DNA of 33,900 nucleotides, taken from IMG/VR virus record IMGVR_UViG_3300017912_003447, positions 1-33,900 of that record; one strand, written 5' to 3'. The notes beneath the pieces are model-generated. The model was not told where the DNA came from and did no database searches. It saw only the letters and a list, made by a program, of their open reading frames with translations. The position numbers were made by a program, and so were the translations under genes. How positions within the stretch are numbered: the stretch's first letter is position 1; each line of letters opens with the position of its first letter. Origin of the DNA: a virus (taxonomy: Duplodnaviria > Caudoviricetes). This document shows, one piece after another, positions 16,568 through 26,134 of the stretch.

Positions 16568-17022
16568 AATAATTCCTTTATCTGTTTTGTATTTACTAAG
16601 CAATCCAAACCAACTCTATCTTTTTTACCATCATTATTGATTCTATAAATCTTATCAATTCCATAATACTCTTCACTCAACTCGGCGCTAGGAAATCCAC
16701 CGACTGATTCATGACAACCATTATCTAAAACATACACAAAAAGATTTTTTAAATTTTGTTCTTTTATCGTGTGTGTTATTCCTAAGTGCATCAATAAAGA
16801 TGCGTCACCACTAATGACCACAACATCTTTTTGAGAGTTAGCTGCTATTCCCAAACCAATACATGGTGCCAATCCCATACTACCTTGCATATAAAAAATA
16901 TTTTTATTATTAGGAAATAAATTATAAACATCTCTTGATATAAAACCTGTGTTAGTAACGTAGATAGAATCTTGACCATGCCAATGAAATATATCCTTGA
17001 TTACATCTTGCCTACTCAACAT
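16564..17022 (-). CDS. ppd: phosphonopyruvate decarboxylase, C-terminal TPP-binding subunit
   Basis: TGFISR, FYMQGSMG, GLGIA, TPP motif GDASLLMHLG...LDNGCHESVGG; ATG 17022 after GAGG SD (track start 17031). Confidence 0.85.
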   Translation of the reverse strand: MLSRQDVIKDIFHWHGQDSIYVTNTGFISRDVYNLFPNNKNIFYMQGSMGLAPCIGLGIAANSQKDVVVISGDASLLMHLGITHTIKEQNLKNLFVYVLDNGCHESVGGFPSAELSEEYYGIDKIYRINNDGKKDRVGLDCLVNTKQIKELL

Positions 17023-17392
17023 TATTATCACCTCTGATAATCATATAATTTTCATATCCTATTAATTTTAGAATGTCCTCATCAACCTCTCCCATAACTT
17101 TGTGTTGAGGTAACGTATGTCGGTGTCCAATAACTAAAAATGGATAAATACCATGAGGTATACATAGACTTGTTAAAGGGTTTATTATATTTCCTAAACC
17201 TGAATTTTGTAAGTAAACACAACTCTTTTTACCGGCTAACTCAGCACCAACTGCAATACCGATTGCCTGTCCTTCATTAGTTGCAGGTATATGTTTTTTA
17301 TCTTCGATACTAAAAATAAAATGTTTCAGTCCACTATCGGGTACACCTGTGAAAAAGTCATAATTATTTAGTATATCATTTAATTTATTCAT
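17012..17392 (-). CDS. ppd: phosphonopyruvate decarboxylase, N-terminal subunit
   Basis: [44 protein letters not shown]; directly downstream of pepM. Confidence 0.85.
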   Translation of the reverse strand: MNKLNDILNNYDFFTGVPDSGLKHFIFSIEDKKHIPATNEGQAIGIAVGAELAGKKSCVYLQNSGLGNIINPLTSLCIPHGIYPFLVIGHRHTLPQHKVMGEVDEDILKLIGYENYMIIRGDNNVE

Positions 17393-18668
17393 TTGGTATT
17401 AATTCTAAAACCTTTTTTATTGGTAGACAACCTACACTTGCCTCGTAACATCTTTTGTTATGTAATATTGATTTAGCTGTGTTCACCATAGCTGGATAAG
17501 AACTTCTTAATAAATGATTAGCGTAAATCACTATGTCCACACCTGCTTTTATTAGTTCCTCTTCTTTTACTTTATTATAAGTAGATGGGACAACCACCAA
17601 AGGAACTTTTTTCTTAACATCCTTGAATTTATCACAGAAACTTAGTATCTGACTAAAATCATTAGTTTTACTATGAATCATAATACCATCAGCACCACTA
17701 TCGATGTAAGTCTTTGCTCTATGAATGGCATCATTAACATCTTTCCCTAAAATAAAACTTTCTATTCTCGCTATTATCATAAAGTCTTTCGTAACTAATG
17801 ATTTTTTACCCTCTGATATTTTAGTAGAAAATTTATCTGGCTCATCTTGAGTTTGATTAGAGGTGTCGGTAAATAAAGAATTTCGTTTTGTTCCTATCTT
17901 ATCCTCTATTATGACAGCAGATACCCCCATTCTTTCAAGAGTTCTAACTGTATGTTTAAAGTGTTCAATCATTCCACCATTATCTAAATCCACAATCATC
18001 GGTTTTGTAGTAACGTCAAATATCTCACTTAATGTTTGACTCACGGTTGTTATATCGACATACTGATTATCAGGCTTTCCCTTAGATAAAGAATGTGTTA
18101 AACTGCTCAACCACATAGCATCAAATTCATCGTTACCAACTTTTGTTTTTTCAACTATCAAACTACTTAAACCATTATGGGCTTCTAAAACACGAACTAT
18201 AGGTTTTGAATTTATTAATCTTGTCAACATTTTTCTTCTTATATCAGGCGTTGTACCAATTTCTTTTAAATGATTATGTAACTTAGTTGATGATACCCCT
18301 TTTGTATAAGGCACATCAATTACCTTACCTCCCCACTCACTTAACTTTTTTATAACATTCTCTCTTACTTGTTTTTGTACACCCTCTTTCCAATCATCTC
18401 CATGAACAACAAAATCAGGTTTTATTTTTTCCAAATTTGGAATGTAATCTAATGTTTCTTGAGGTATTACTTTCGAAACACCACGTAAATTTTCAACAAC
18501 AATTTTCCTTTCATTATAATTTAGAGCAGGTAATCTTTTGTAGCTTGCTATCGCTGAATCGGTTAATAATCCAATTATAACATCACCGTATTTTTTTGCT
18601 TCTTTAATTATATTTAGATGTCCATGATGAATTAAATCAGCACACATTCCTATATAAACTTTATTCAA
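17385..18668 (-). CDS. pepM: phosphoenolpyruvate mutase with N-terminal cytidylyltransferase domain
   Basis: PepM signature EDKxxxxxNS ([10 protein letters not shown]), [45 protein letters not shown]; N-terminal [22 protein letters not shown]. Confidence 0.96.
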   Translation of the reverse strand: MNKVYIGMCADLIHHGHLNIIKEAKKYGDVIIGLLTDSAIASYKRLPALNYNERKIVVENLRGVSKVIPQETLDYIPNLEKIKPDFVVHGDDWKEGVQKQVRENVIKKLSEWGGKVIDVPYTKGVSSTKLHNHLKEIGTTPDIRRKMLTRLINSKPIVRVLEAHNGLSSLIVEKTKVGNDEFDAMWLSSLTHSLSKGKPDNQYVDITTVSQTLSEIFDVTTKPMIVDLDNGGMIEHFKHTVRTLERMGVSAVIIEDKIGTKRNSLFTDTSNQTQDEPDKFSTKISEGKKSLVTKDFMIIARIESFILGKDVNDAIHRAKTYIDSGADGIMIHSKTNDFSQILSFCDKFKDVKKKVPLVVVPSTYNKVKEEELIKAGVDIVIYANHLLRSSYPAMVNTAKSILHNKRCYEASVGCLPIKKVLELIPNE

Positions 18669-19788
18669 AATACCACTTCCATATTCCGTTTCGTAAATAA
18701 TTTTTTAAAACTTGTATTTCAGGATTATTGATTGGAACATTTTCCCATGTCCTATTAATAATTTTTAAATCACCACTATCTCCATATTTTCTTTCATAAA
18801 TTCTACCGACCTCCTCAAACGTTCCATAAGCTCCATTTGGTGCGCCGGGATTATGCATACAATATTGTATATATTTGTTTTCATCAATAGCCATTATTGC
18901 TGATACACTCGTACAATTATACTCACTAACAGCTGAACGACTATCCTCGGTAACGTATATTCTATCCATGTCTAAATCTGATAAAATATCGTTTGGTAAG
19001 TCCCTCTTAAATACTCTATTCAAAACAGTATTTTTAAAATCCTTGGATGCAATCTTTTTCTTTTCAACTTTTTGATTTGTAATGTTATCGGTTACACTAA
19101 TCCAAGATAAAAAAGAATCGGGTGGATTATGATTTTTTGTAATACCTTGAGGTTCACCATGGTCAGCGAATACCCAAAACAAAGAGTTTCTTTCTTGGAA
19201 GTCAATAGTTTCAATTATATCCTTAAATAACGCAGCCACATCTCTTTGCTTTCCTCTTTCAGCATCATGATAGTGATTATATTTCAAAATAATAAAATGA
19301 TTTTCATCTGATGATAATTTTTGCATACTATTTATAAAATTTTTTTCATCAACATTTCGTTGATAATCATAAAAAATGAAATCTCTAAATCTACCACATA
19401 TATCATCTGGAATCAACTTACAATCTCTAAGACCAGGCGTTGTATTGACATCACTATACATTGGCCAACACCCGATTGTATTATCATCCCCTCTTGTTGG
19501 CGGCATTGCATGTATATGTATTTTCCAATCATCGGGTAGGTGTTTAAGTAATATCTTTTCATCCCATATTTTTTTATCCTCGTCTGATAGACCTGCATAA
19601 GTGTGTGAGTGACCAATGCCTGTAGCTCTCATTTCTGATGGGCGATTTCCTGAAAACATTGAAACCATCGTATTTACTGTATCAGGTTGTGTCAGATAAT
19701 CCCCAAAATGTAAACCCTTTGATTTAAATAATTCTTCTATCTCGGGATGTCTTGGAAAGGTATCAAACAATATGCAATAAATTTTCAT
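18661..19788 (-). CDS. alkaline phosphatase/sulfatase superfamily protein with probable Thr nucleophile
   Basis: YCILFDT (metal Asp), [13 protein letters not shown] (nucleophile helix), [13 protein letters not shown]; overlaps the pepM start. Confidence 0.7.
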   Translation of the reverse strand: MKIYCILFDTFPRHPEIEELFKSKGLHFGDYLTQPDTVNTMVSMFSGNRPSEMRATGIGHSHTYAGLSDEDKKIWDEKILLKHLPDDWKIHIHAMPPTRGDDNTIGCWPMYSDVNTTPGLRDCKLIPDDICGRFRDFIFYDYQRNVDEKNFINSMQKLSSDENHFIILKYNHYHDAERGKQRDVAALFKDIIETIDFQERNSLFWVFADHGEPQGITKNHNPPDSFLSWISVTDNITNQKVEKKKIASKDFKNTVLNRVFKRDLPNDILSDLDMDRIYVTEDSRSAVSEYNCTSVSAIMAIDENKYIQYCMHNPGAPNGAYGTFEEVGRIYERKYGDSGDLKIINRTWENVPINNPEIQVLKNYLRNGIWKWYFE

Positions 19789-20546
19789 ATTCTTTTTTCC
19801 AAATAATGGTCTTGTACATTATCATGACCAACGTGTAATATAATCTCATCACCACACCCGATGTGACCTGAACCAACTCCCCATTGCTTTGGCATCGGAT
19901 ATGGGAAACAACCTGTATTCCAAGCTGCACGAGATAATTGTAGTGGGCCTCTTTTTGGGTTTGTCTCCATTAATCTCAAAAACTCTTTCAGATAAGTTCT
20001 ACCTCTATCATCCTTTGTATTAAAGCCAGTCCACCATAAATCGTAAGTAAGTATATTACCTCGACTAGCATCCTCACCGATATGATAATCTCCATCGTTA
20101 CCTCTCGTATGTATACCATCAACCTTAACAAGTTGCCTTTCATTTTGTGGACAACATATACCAAACTTTTGTATAATAGGAATTATAGTTTTTACCTCAT
20201 CGGACACAAACATTAAGTCTGAATCTACCGCTATAGCTATATCCGCCTCTGATTCTAAAAGTCCCTTTATCTGATAATAATCACAACAATGATATCCCCA
20301 TTTTAACTTTCCACTACCCTCCTTATAATCTTTATCAAATGGTGTGCTATCAGAGTCTATAAACCTCACTTCAACATCATAATCATTACCGATTAATTTG
20401 TCATCGCTGTAACAAATAATTTTAGCCTCTGGAAAATATTCTTTTACACTGCTATAAGTGGGGTCTAATCTACCTATGTCACTTTCCCATTTCTGATTAG
20501 CTGCTCCTCTCCCACCAAATTCAGCAAAAATAATCTCAACGTTCAT
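19785..20546 (-). CDS. putative GT-A fold glycosyltransferase
   Basis: KIICYSD, IAIAVDSDLMF (DxD), RGPLQLSRAAW loosely echoing the DUF616 RDQLSF..AW motif. Confidence 0.5.
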   Translation of the reverse strand: MNVEIIFAEFGGRGAANQKWESDIGRLDPTYSSVKEYFPEAKIICYSDDKLIGNDYDVEVRFIDSDSTPFDKDYKEGSGKLKWGYHCCDYYQIKGLLESEADIAIAVDSDLMFVSDEVKTIIPIIQKFGICCPQNERQLVKVDGIHTRGNDGDYHIGEDASRGNILTYDLWWTGFNTKDDRGRTYLKEFLRLMETNPKRGPLQLSRAAWNTGCFPYPMPKQWGVGSGHIGCGDEIILHVGHDNVQDHYLEKRI

Positions 20547-21661
20547 AATAATTCCTTTATACTTTTTAACACATCTTTATGTGAAATTAAACTCATACAT
20601 TTACCATCATATGGACATGGGAACTGGTCGTAACAATTCAAACAATCTAATTCTTCTCTGACTAACTTGGTTCCTAATCCAAAAAGATTTATTTCTTGAT
20701 GAGGTGTTGGCCCAAAGAAACTAACTATTTTTTTCTGTAATGATATTGCTATGTGTAAAGCTACCGTATCACCAGTAATAACTATGTCTGATAAATTAAT
20801 TAGATTGCAAAATTGTTTTATTGAATACATAGTGGTCGTATCTATGATTCTATTTGAATTGGTGCTTTTATTTATCTCATCATTTCTTTCTTTCTCTGAC
20901 GTGGAACCTGTTAATATTATTATATTATTTTTATCTTTTAATAATTCATTAACTAATTTAACGTATCCATCCTTTGTCCACTTTTTATGAGGGTACACCG
21001 GGCCACAACCTGTATTCAATAAAAATATTTTATTTTTATTTGTAATTTTATACTTTGAAAAAAAGTTATTTTCAAATTTTTCATTTTCATTTTTATCTAA
21101 ATAGATATAGGGTTTTTCGTTGTTATAATCAACCTCACTAATCATAAAAATTAACTCTTGATAACTTAATTCGTTTTTGGTTTTCGCTCCCCAATTATCA
21201 AGACACATATCATAATGATAGACCGCACCTTTGTTTAAAGGCATTGGGTAACCCTCTTCATGTAAACCATAACCTCTATATTCATCTGCTTTGAAAGCCA
21301 TAGCCATTGAAGTAGCTTTTGGGTCTTTATCTAAATTAATTAGAATATCAAACTTTTGATATTGTAATATTCGAACTGACTCTGAATTGTACTCCATAAT
21401 CTTATCAATGTGTTTATTACCCTCAAGAAAAAACTTCGCTTGTGGTTGGGTTATCCATGTTAATTGGGAGTCAGGATATTTTTTCTTTATTCCCTCTGCT
21501 AGTGCGGTACTACGGACGACATCACCAAGAGCGTCCAATTTAATTATTAGTATTCTTTCTTTGTAAGGATTATAATTTTCACTTTCATTACAATTTATAC
21601 AACCGTTTATCCAATAATACTCACAAGGTCTATCACCTTTAAAATGTCTACATATTTCCAT
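20543..21661 (-). CDS. glycosyltransferase family 9 (ADP-heptose transferase-like)
   Basis: ILIIKLDALGDVV, KKKYPDSQLTW, HKKW, ITGDTVALHIA, FFGPT, C-terminal CxxC...C...CM. Confidence 0.92.
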   Translation of the reverse strand: MEICRHFKGDRPCEYYWINGCINCNESENYNPYKERILIIKLDALGDVVRSTALAEGIKKKYPDSQLTWITQPQAKFFLEGNKHIDKIMEYNSESVRILQYQKFDILINLDKDPKATSMAMAFKADEYRGYGLHEEGYPMPLNKGAVYHYDMCLDNWGAKTKNELSYQELIFMISEVDYNNEKPYIYLDKNENEKFENNFFSKYKITNKNKIFLLNTGCGPVYPHKKWTKDGYVKLVNELLKDKNNIIILTGSTSEKERNDEINKSTNSNRIIDTTTMYSIKQFCNLINLSDIVITGDTVALHIAISLQKKIVSFFGPTPHQEINLFGLGTKLVREELDCLNCYDQFPCPYDGKCMSLISHKDVLKSIKELL

Positions 21662-22439
21662 TTAAATACTTTTTATATTTTTTGATACCATTTTTTAAAT
21701 TAGTTTTTGGTTCCCAACCCTTGATATAAAGTAATGGTTGCGATAAGGTAAAGAATTGATAACCAGATGGAATTTCTTTCTCATTTTTGTATGTAAATGG
21801 TATTTCCATTAAATTTAGAACATCCTCAAAGGTATGAGCACGACCACTACCAACCTCGTAGACTCCACGTTCGACATCATTAAATAAGGGATACAATGTC
21901 GCATCAACAACATCATCTATAAAAACAAAATCTCTCTCTGGCTTTTTTGGGAATAAATTAAATGAACCTATTTTCCAAGCTTGATATGCGACCGATGCCA
22001 TTTTACCTTTGTGTTCCTCGCCAGGCCCATAGACATTAAAATATCTTAGGGCATAAAAATTTTTGACTTTGGCTAATCCGTATTGTTCAGTAATAAACTT
22101 AGACCAACCATAAATATTTGACGGATTACCTGTTTGACCTTTATTTGCAGCTGACGATGAATATATTACTTTTTTATTATGTTTTTCTGCTAAATCAAAA
22201 AGATGTTTACTAAATACGTAGTTGTACTTTAACATTTCATTTGGGTCTTTTAACATCGTATCAGATATTGCTCCTACATGAAGAATAGCATCAGAACCAT
22301 CAACGTATTTTTCTAAATCAACCAACCAATCTTTTTCATCCATAAATCCTTTTTCTAAACAAAACACATTTTCATGCTGAAATTTTTTATGAATATTTTT
22401 TCCTATGAAACCATTCGAGCCTGTTAATAATATATTCAT
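21648..22439 (-). CDS. hldD: ADP-L-glycero-D-manno-heptose 6-epimerase-like SDR
   Basis: TGSNGFIG, HVGAISDT, YSSSAA, YGWSK and the RfaD signature LRYFNVYGPGEEHKGKMASV; adjacent to GT9. Confidence 0.85.
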   Translation of the reverse strand: MNILLTGSNGFIGKNIHKKFQHENVFCLEKGFMDEKDWLVDLEKYVDGSDAILHVGAISDTMLKDPNEMLKYNYVFSKHLFDLAEKHNKKVIYSSSAANKGQTGNPSNIYGWSKFITEQYGLAKVKNFYALRYFNVYGPGEEHKGKMASVAYQAWKIGSFNLFPKKPERDFVFIDDVVDATLYPLFNDVERGVYEVGSGRAHTFEDVLNLMEIPFTYKNEKEIPSGYQFFTLSQPLLYIKGWEPKTNLKNGIKKYKKYLNGNM

Positions 22440-23242
22440 TGGTATAGCTCCTTATAGATTCTCTCCATCCAATAATTTCTATCTCTGTTTAAAGGATTCC
22501 GACCTATTGAATTAAATTGATAAATATATGCGGTGTTATATAAGTTATCTAAGTTATCCTCCCACCAGCAATTTGTATCTCTATAAAATAGATTTTTTCT
22601 ATCAATATCTACTACTGAATAACAATTTGGTAAAAAATTAACATCAACACCAAACTTTTTTGTTAATAAATTAACCAAAGGTTGGTCACTACCTGTTCTA
22701 ATTGTCTCGTATGAATCAATAATCTCATACTGATTTTTCCAATAAAAATCAATTACATACTCTAAAAATTTTTCATGTTTTTTATTAAGTATTACAAAAC
22801 CTGTTTGAAAAAAATCTGAAGCCATCATTAAGTAATCTGACTGGAAAAACTTTTGGGAGTAACATCTAATAGCTCTATTCACCCACTCGAAATCACCATT
22901 ACAAAAAGAGGTAGAAAATTTATTGTCAGTCAATTCAAAAAAATTAGGACAGTCAGGATGAATGATACAATCAGCATCAACTAATAATACTTGGTTGTAA
23001 TCTATGCCGTTACTTTTTAGTATCTCCAAAACATACCATCTCTGCCACGTAATTACCATTTCGGTTTCAGGCATCAACAAAGTATCCATTAGAAAAAATT
23101 CAACTTCATTTTTCTTACACCATTTTTTCCAAGATTCCATACCATATTTATATCCACGTGTCCTATTTGCTTGACCTATACCTGAATTACCTATTGATTG
23201 TTCTCTCTCAATCCATGGCATCAACACGACATTTTTTTTCAT
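22436..23242 (-). CDS. GT8/GT34-like glycosyltransferase
   Basis: VLLVDADCII (DxD), FQTGFVILNK, SDQPLVNLL. Confidence 0.75.
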   Translation of the reverse strand: MKKNVVLMPWIEREQSIGNSGIGQANRTRGYKYGMESWKKWCKKNEVEFFLMDTLLMPETEMVITWQRWYVLEILKSNGIDYNQVLLVDADCIIHPDCPNFFELTDNKFSTSFCNGDFEWVNRAIRCYSQKFFQSDYLMMASDFFQTGFVILNKKHEKFLEYVIDFYWKNQYEIIDSYETIRTGSDQPLVNLLTKKFGVDVNFLPNCYSVVDIDRKNLFYRDTNCWWEDNLDNLYNTAYIYQFNSIGRNPLNRDRNYWMERIYKELYQ

Positions 23243-24027
23243 TTATTTCTTACCTTTTCATTTGAACTCAAAACACCCTTGAGTAAATCCGATTGAACAC
23301 CGAACTCTTCTGCCATACTAACTAAAGCGCTAGTATCTTTCGGTAAACACTTACCTCCAAAACCCCTATTATCTTTGAATACCGCCGTATGCATGGGATT
23401 TATTCTTGGGTCTGATAACCATAATTCTCTAGCTTCATTCCAATCCACGTCAGCCGACTCACATATATCATACAACTCATTACAAAAAGCTACCTTAGTT
23501 GCATAAAATGCATTCTCCATGTACTTAGCCATCTCTGCTGTTTTTGCATCACTTATATTATACTGTTTACATGGCCCAACCACAGGTAAAATTAAGTCTA
23601 TCGCGTCACTACAAACTTTTCTATCTCCACCAAAAGTAAAAAAAGGAGTTTCTTTCATGTCGGTATGAAACAAGTAGGGACTCCAATAGGTAGATTCACC
23701 AGCGTACTCAGGTGAAAATACTATCCTTTTATTGTATTTTTCAATTAATCTATCGGTCGTTCCAACTGATATGGTTGATTTTATAACTATTAAATCTGTT
23801 TCAATCCAACTAACAACTTCATCTACGAGTGAAGTATCACAACTACCATCGTCATTTCTCGGAGTAGGAACACAAACAAAAGTTGCATAACAACTGTTGA
23901 CCTCTTCTTTTGAAACTTCATAACCTGCTGGCGGGTCATAGATTACCAAGTCGTAATGTGATTCAAAGAACTTACTCATCGCTTTACCAACATAACCATG
24001 ACCTACTATAGCTATTTTTTTTCTCAT
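23239..24027 (-). CDS. UDP-glucose/GDP-mannose dehydrogenase family (short form)
   Basis: IVGHGYVG, FVCVPTP, IKSTI, FSPE, AEMAKY.EN...ATKVAFCNE, DPRI, catalytic GFGGKCLPKD. Confidence 0.92.
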   Translation of the reverse strand: MRKKIAIVGHGYVGKAMSKFFESHYDLVIYDPPAGYEVSKEEVNSCYATFVCVPTPRNDDGSCDTSLVDEVVSWIETDLIVIKSTISVGTTDRLIEKYNKRIVFSPEYAGESTYWSPYLFHTDMKETPFFTFGGDRKVCSDAIDLILPVVGPCKQYNISDAKTAEMAKYMENAFYATKVAFCNELYDICESADVDWNEARELWLSDPRINPMHTAVFKDNRGFGGKCLPKDTSALVSMAEEFGVQSDLLKGVLSSNEKVRNK

Positions 24028-24713
24028 TTTTTACCCTTATGTGGTTTAGTATCTCTGATAAAATAATCGTTATTTCTTGAGTCACCATCTATGTAATTAA
24101 ACTTTAGATTATTTTTCCAAGCTACTTAGTTAAAACTTAACTGGTCTCTTTTACTACCATATTTTATTTCTGTCCACCAATCTTCCATTACCCTCATACA
24201 ATCTGATTCGTTGTGTCTTCTTAATATTACCATACCTGTAATTAATCCGTTATTAGTTGGAAATCCTTCATGAGCGTATCTATCCATTTGCTTTTTTATT
24301 AGATAGGGATTATCTTTATAATTTAGTATTCCTCTTTCAGGTGTTATTTTCATATTTTTCTCACCGAGTGCTAAGATAGTTCTGGCTTCGTCGTAAGGAC
24401 AATTACGTGCATCTAACGTATTATGATTATGACTATAAAAAGCTACATTAGCATCACTAAGGTATTTATCAATCAGTTCATCTATATTACCAACAACTTT
24501 CATATTACCATCTATAAAAATACTATACTCATAATCCACACCAAAATATCTATGAGGTAAGACTTTGAATTTTTTTGCATTTCTATTATTATCTGAATAT
24601 ATTTTTACACTATTTGTTTCATCGAAACATTTCCAATCCCATCCTGATACCCGCTGTTCTTGTTTTTCATCATAATCACCAAAGATAGAGGTATATACTA
24701 CACGACCTGACAT
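24024..24713 (-). pseudogene. DUF616/TOD1-MUCI70-like glycosyltransferase interrupted by one in-frame TAA at 24126-24128
   Basis: VVYTSIFGDYD, KVLPHRYF, YSIFIDGN, ILRRH, WWTEI..SKRDQLSFN*VAWK; the frame continues 33 codons to a TGA overlapping the next ATG. Could be a true nonsense allele or a sequence error. Confidence 0.75.
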
Positions 24714-26134
24714 ATAACTCCCTCTCTATCTTTTAATACTTTATTTTGTGTTGTTGGATAATAAGCACCTTTGTAATGTCCTATTTTTTTGACTATTTTT
24801 AATTTGCCATCATTAACATATTCATCAACTGCTTTTTTGATTTCAGGAAATAAACCATAATCGTCATAAATAATATATCCATCTGATTTTAGTAATCTAA
24901 GAGCATTGTCTATATCACTTTTTACATGGGAATAATCATGTACACAATCTATAAAGACCGCATCTATATCTTCAAAATTCCAAGTTTGTGAATAAACATC
25001 CATAACAACATACTGAACATTATCGTGATTCGGATTTAACTTTTTTGATTCTTGATGTCTTTCCTCTAAATTATCTACTGCTATTACCCTTTTAAATAAA
25101 CCGCTTAACATTTTTGTAGAGTGTCCTAAAGATGAACCTATTTCTAATATTGATAAGTTTTCACTCTTACCCTTAAAATAATCGTAAAAATCACCCTTAA
25201 ACTTAAGACTTGTTGTAGTCTTTGATTCTGTCTTATCAGGTAAACCTTTCAGTAATAATCTTTTTTCTTCATTAGAGATTAAATTTTCATTGTCTACGAA
25301 ATTATGTGCAATCGGAAATTGCCGCTGAATTGTATGTACAGGATTATATCTTACAACCATTTGTGAGGTTCCTGCTTGATTACCAATATTATACTTAGCT
25401 TGTGATTTGATATAAAGTTGTATCCTAATTGGCACGTGTCTTAAATCCATACCCCTATAGACATCAGAAAAAGACGTTTGTTCGATAGGTCTTTCCGTCC
25501 AATAAAAATGAGGTATACCCTCATCCATAACTTGTCTCATTTCTTTGTCCATCGTGTAATCGTATCTATCTGATATTAATAGACAAGCAAATTCTAAATT
25601 AGCTGCGAATTGATTTATTATATCATCACCGAGCTTTTTTTCTTCATCCGACCAATACAATTCTGGCATGCAATCTTTCATCTCGTCCTCTTCAAACTGC
25701 CAGAACTTCAACATCTGTTTTATCATTGGAACATTAGGATTGTCTAAATCATAAATTCGATAATGGTCGTGATATATATCACCCTCAAAACTATCTAGAA
25801 AATCATCCACATAAGGATTATTTTTAAAAACATTTTCTGCGTGTTGATATGGATTCGACCAACTCTGCCAGTCATTAGCTTCACCAAACAAATTCTGAAG
25901 AAGTTTAGATGATGGAACATATACCTTACAAGATGGATACTTCTCTTTTAATAACCTTGGCATGGCAGATATTATTCCCCAATCACCTAATCCATGACAA
26001 CTTCTCATAACTATAAAGTTTTTATCGTCTAAATATTCATCAGGTATTCTTAATCCCTCATCAACTGCAAAACCGAGTCTATCGACCTCATCAACACCAT
26101 AAACTTTATTATCTAATATTCTCCAAAAAATCAT
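24698..26134 (-). CDS. fusion: GT9-like N-terminal domain + C-terminal class I SAM methyltransferase
   Basis: HGLGDWGIISAMPRLLKEKYP and FKNNPYVD (GT9-like); ILEIGSSLGHST, VFIDCVHDYSHVKSD, GYIIYDDY (Methyltransf_24-like). Confidence 0.75.
   Translation of the reverse strand: MIFWRILDNKVYGVDEVDRLGFAVDEGLRIPDEYLDDKNFIVMRSCHGLGDWGIISAMPRLLKEKYPSCKVYVPSSKLLQNLFGEANDWQSWSNPYQHAENVFKNNPYVDDFLDSFEGDIYHDHYRIYDLDNPNVPMIKQMLKFWQFEEDEMKDCMPELYWSDEEKKLGDDIINQFAANLEFACLLISDRYDYTMDKEMRQVMDEGIPHFYWTERPIEQTSFSDVYRGMDLRHVPIRIQLYIKSQAKYNIGNQAGTSQMVVRYNPVHTIQRQFPIAHNFVDNENLISNEEKRLLLKGLPDKTESKTTTSLKFKGDFYDYFKGKSENLSILEIGSSLGHSTKMLSGLFKRVIAVDNLEERHQESKKLNPNHDNVQYVVMDVYSQTWNFEDIDAVFIDCVHDYSHVKSDIDNALRLLKSDGYIIYDDYGLFPEIKKAVDEYVNDGKLKIVKKIGHYKGAYYPTTQNKVLKDREGVICQVV

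Noticed and set aside
16564-17392. Sulfopyruvate decarboxylase ComD/ComE
   Set aside because: The split layout is similar, but the genes sit between pepM and an Fe-ADH and no sulfonate pathway genes are present.
17385-18668. Isocitrate lyase/methylisocitrate lyase instead of PepM
   Set aside because: It has the PepM EDKxxxxxNS motif rather than KKCGH/KRCGH, plus a cytidylyltransferase fusion and ppd neighbours.
24126-24128. Genome-wide stop-codon reassignment
   Set aside because: TAA, TGA and TAG all end other genes at natural, coupled positions and coding density is high in code 11; only this one gene is interrupted.
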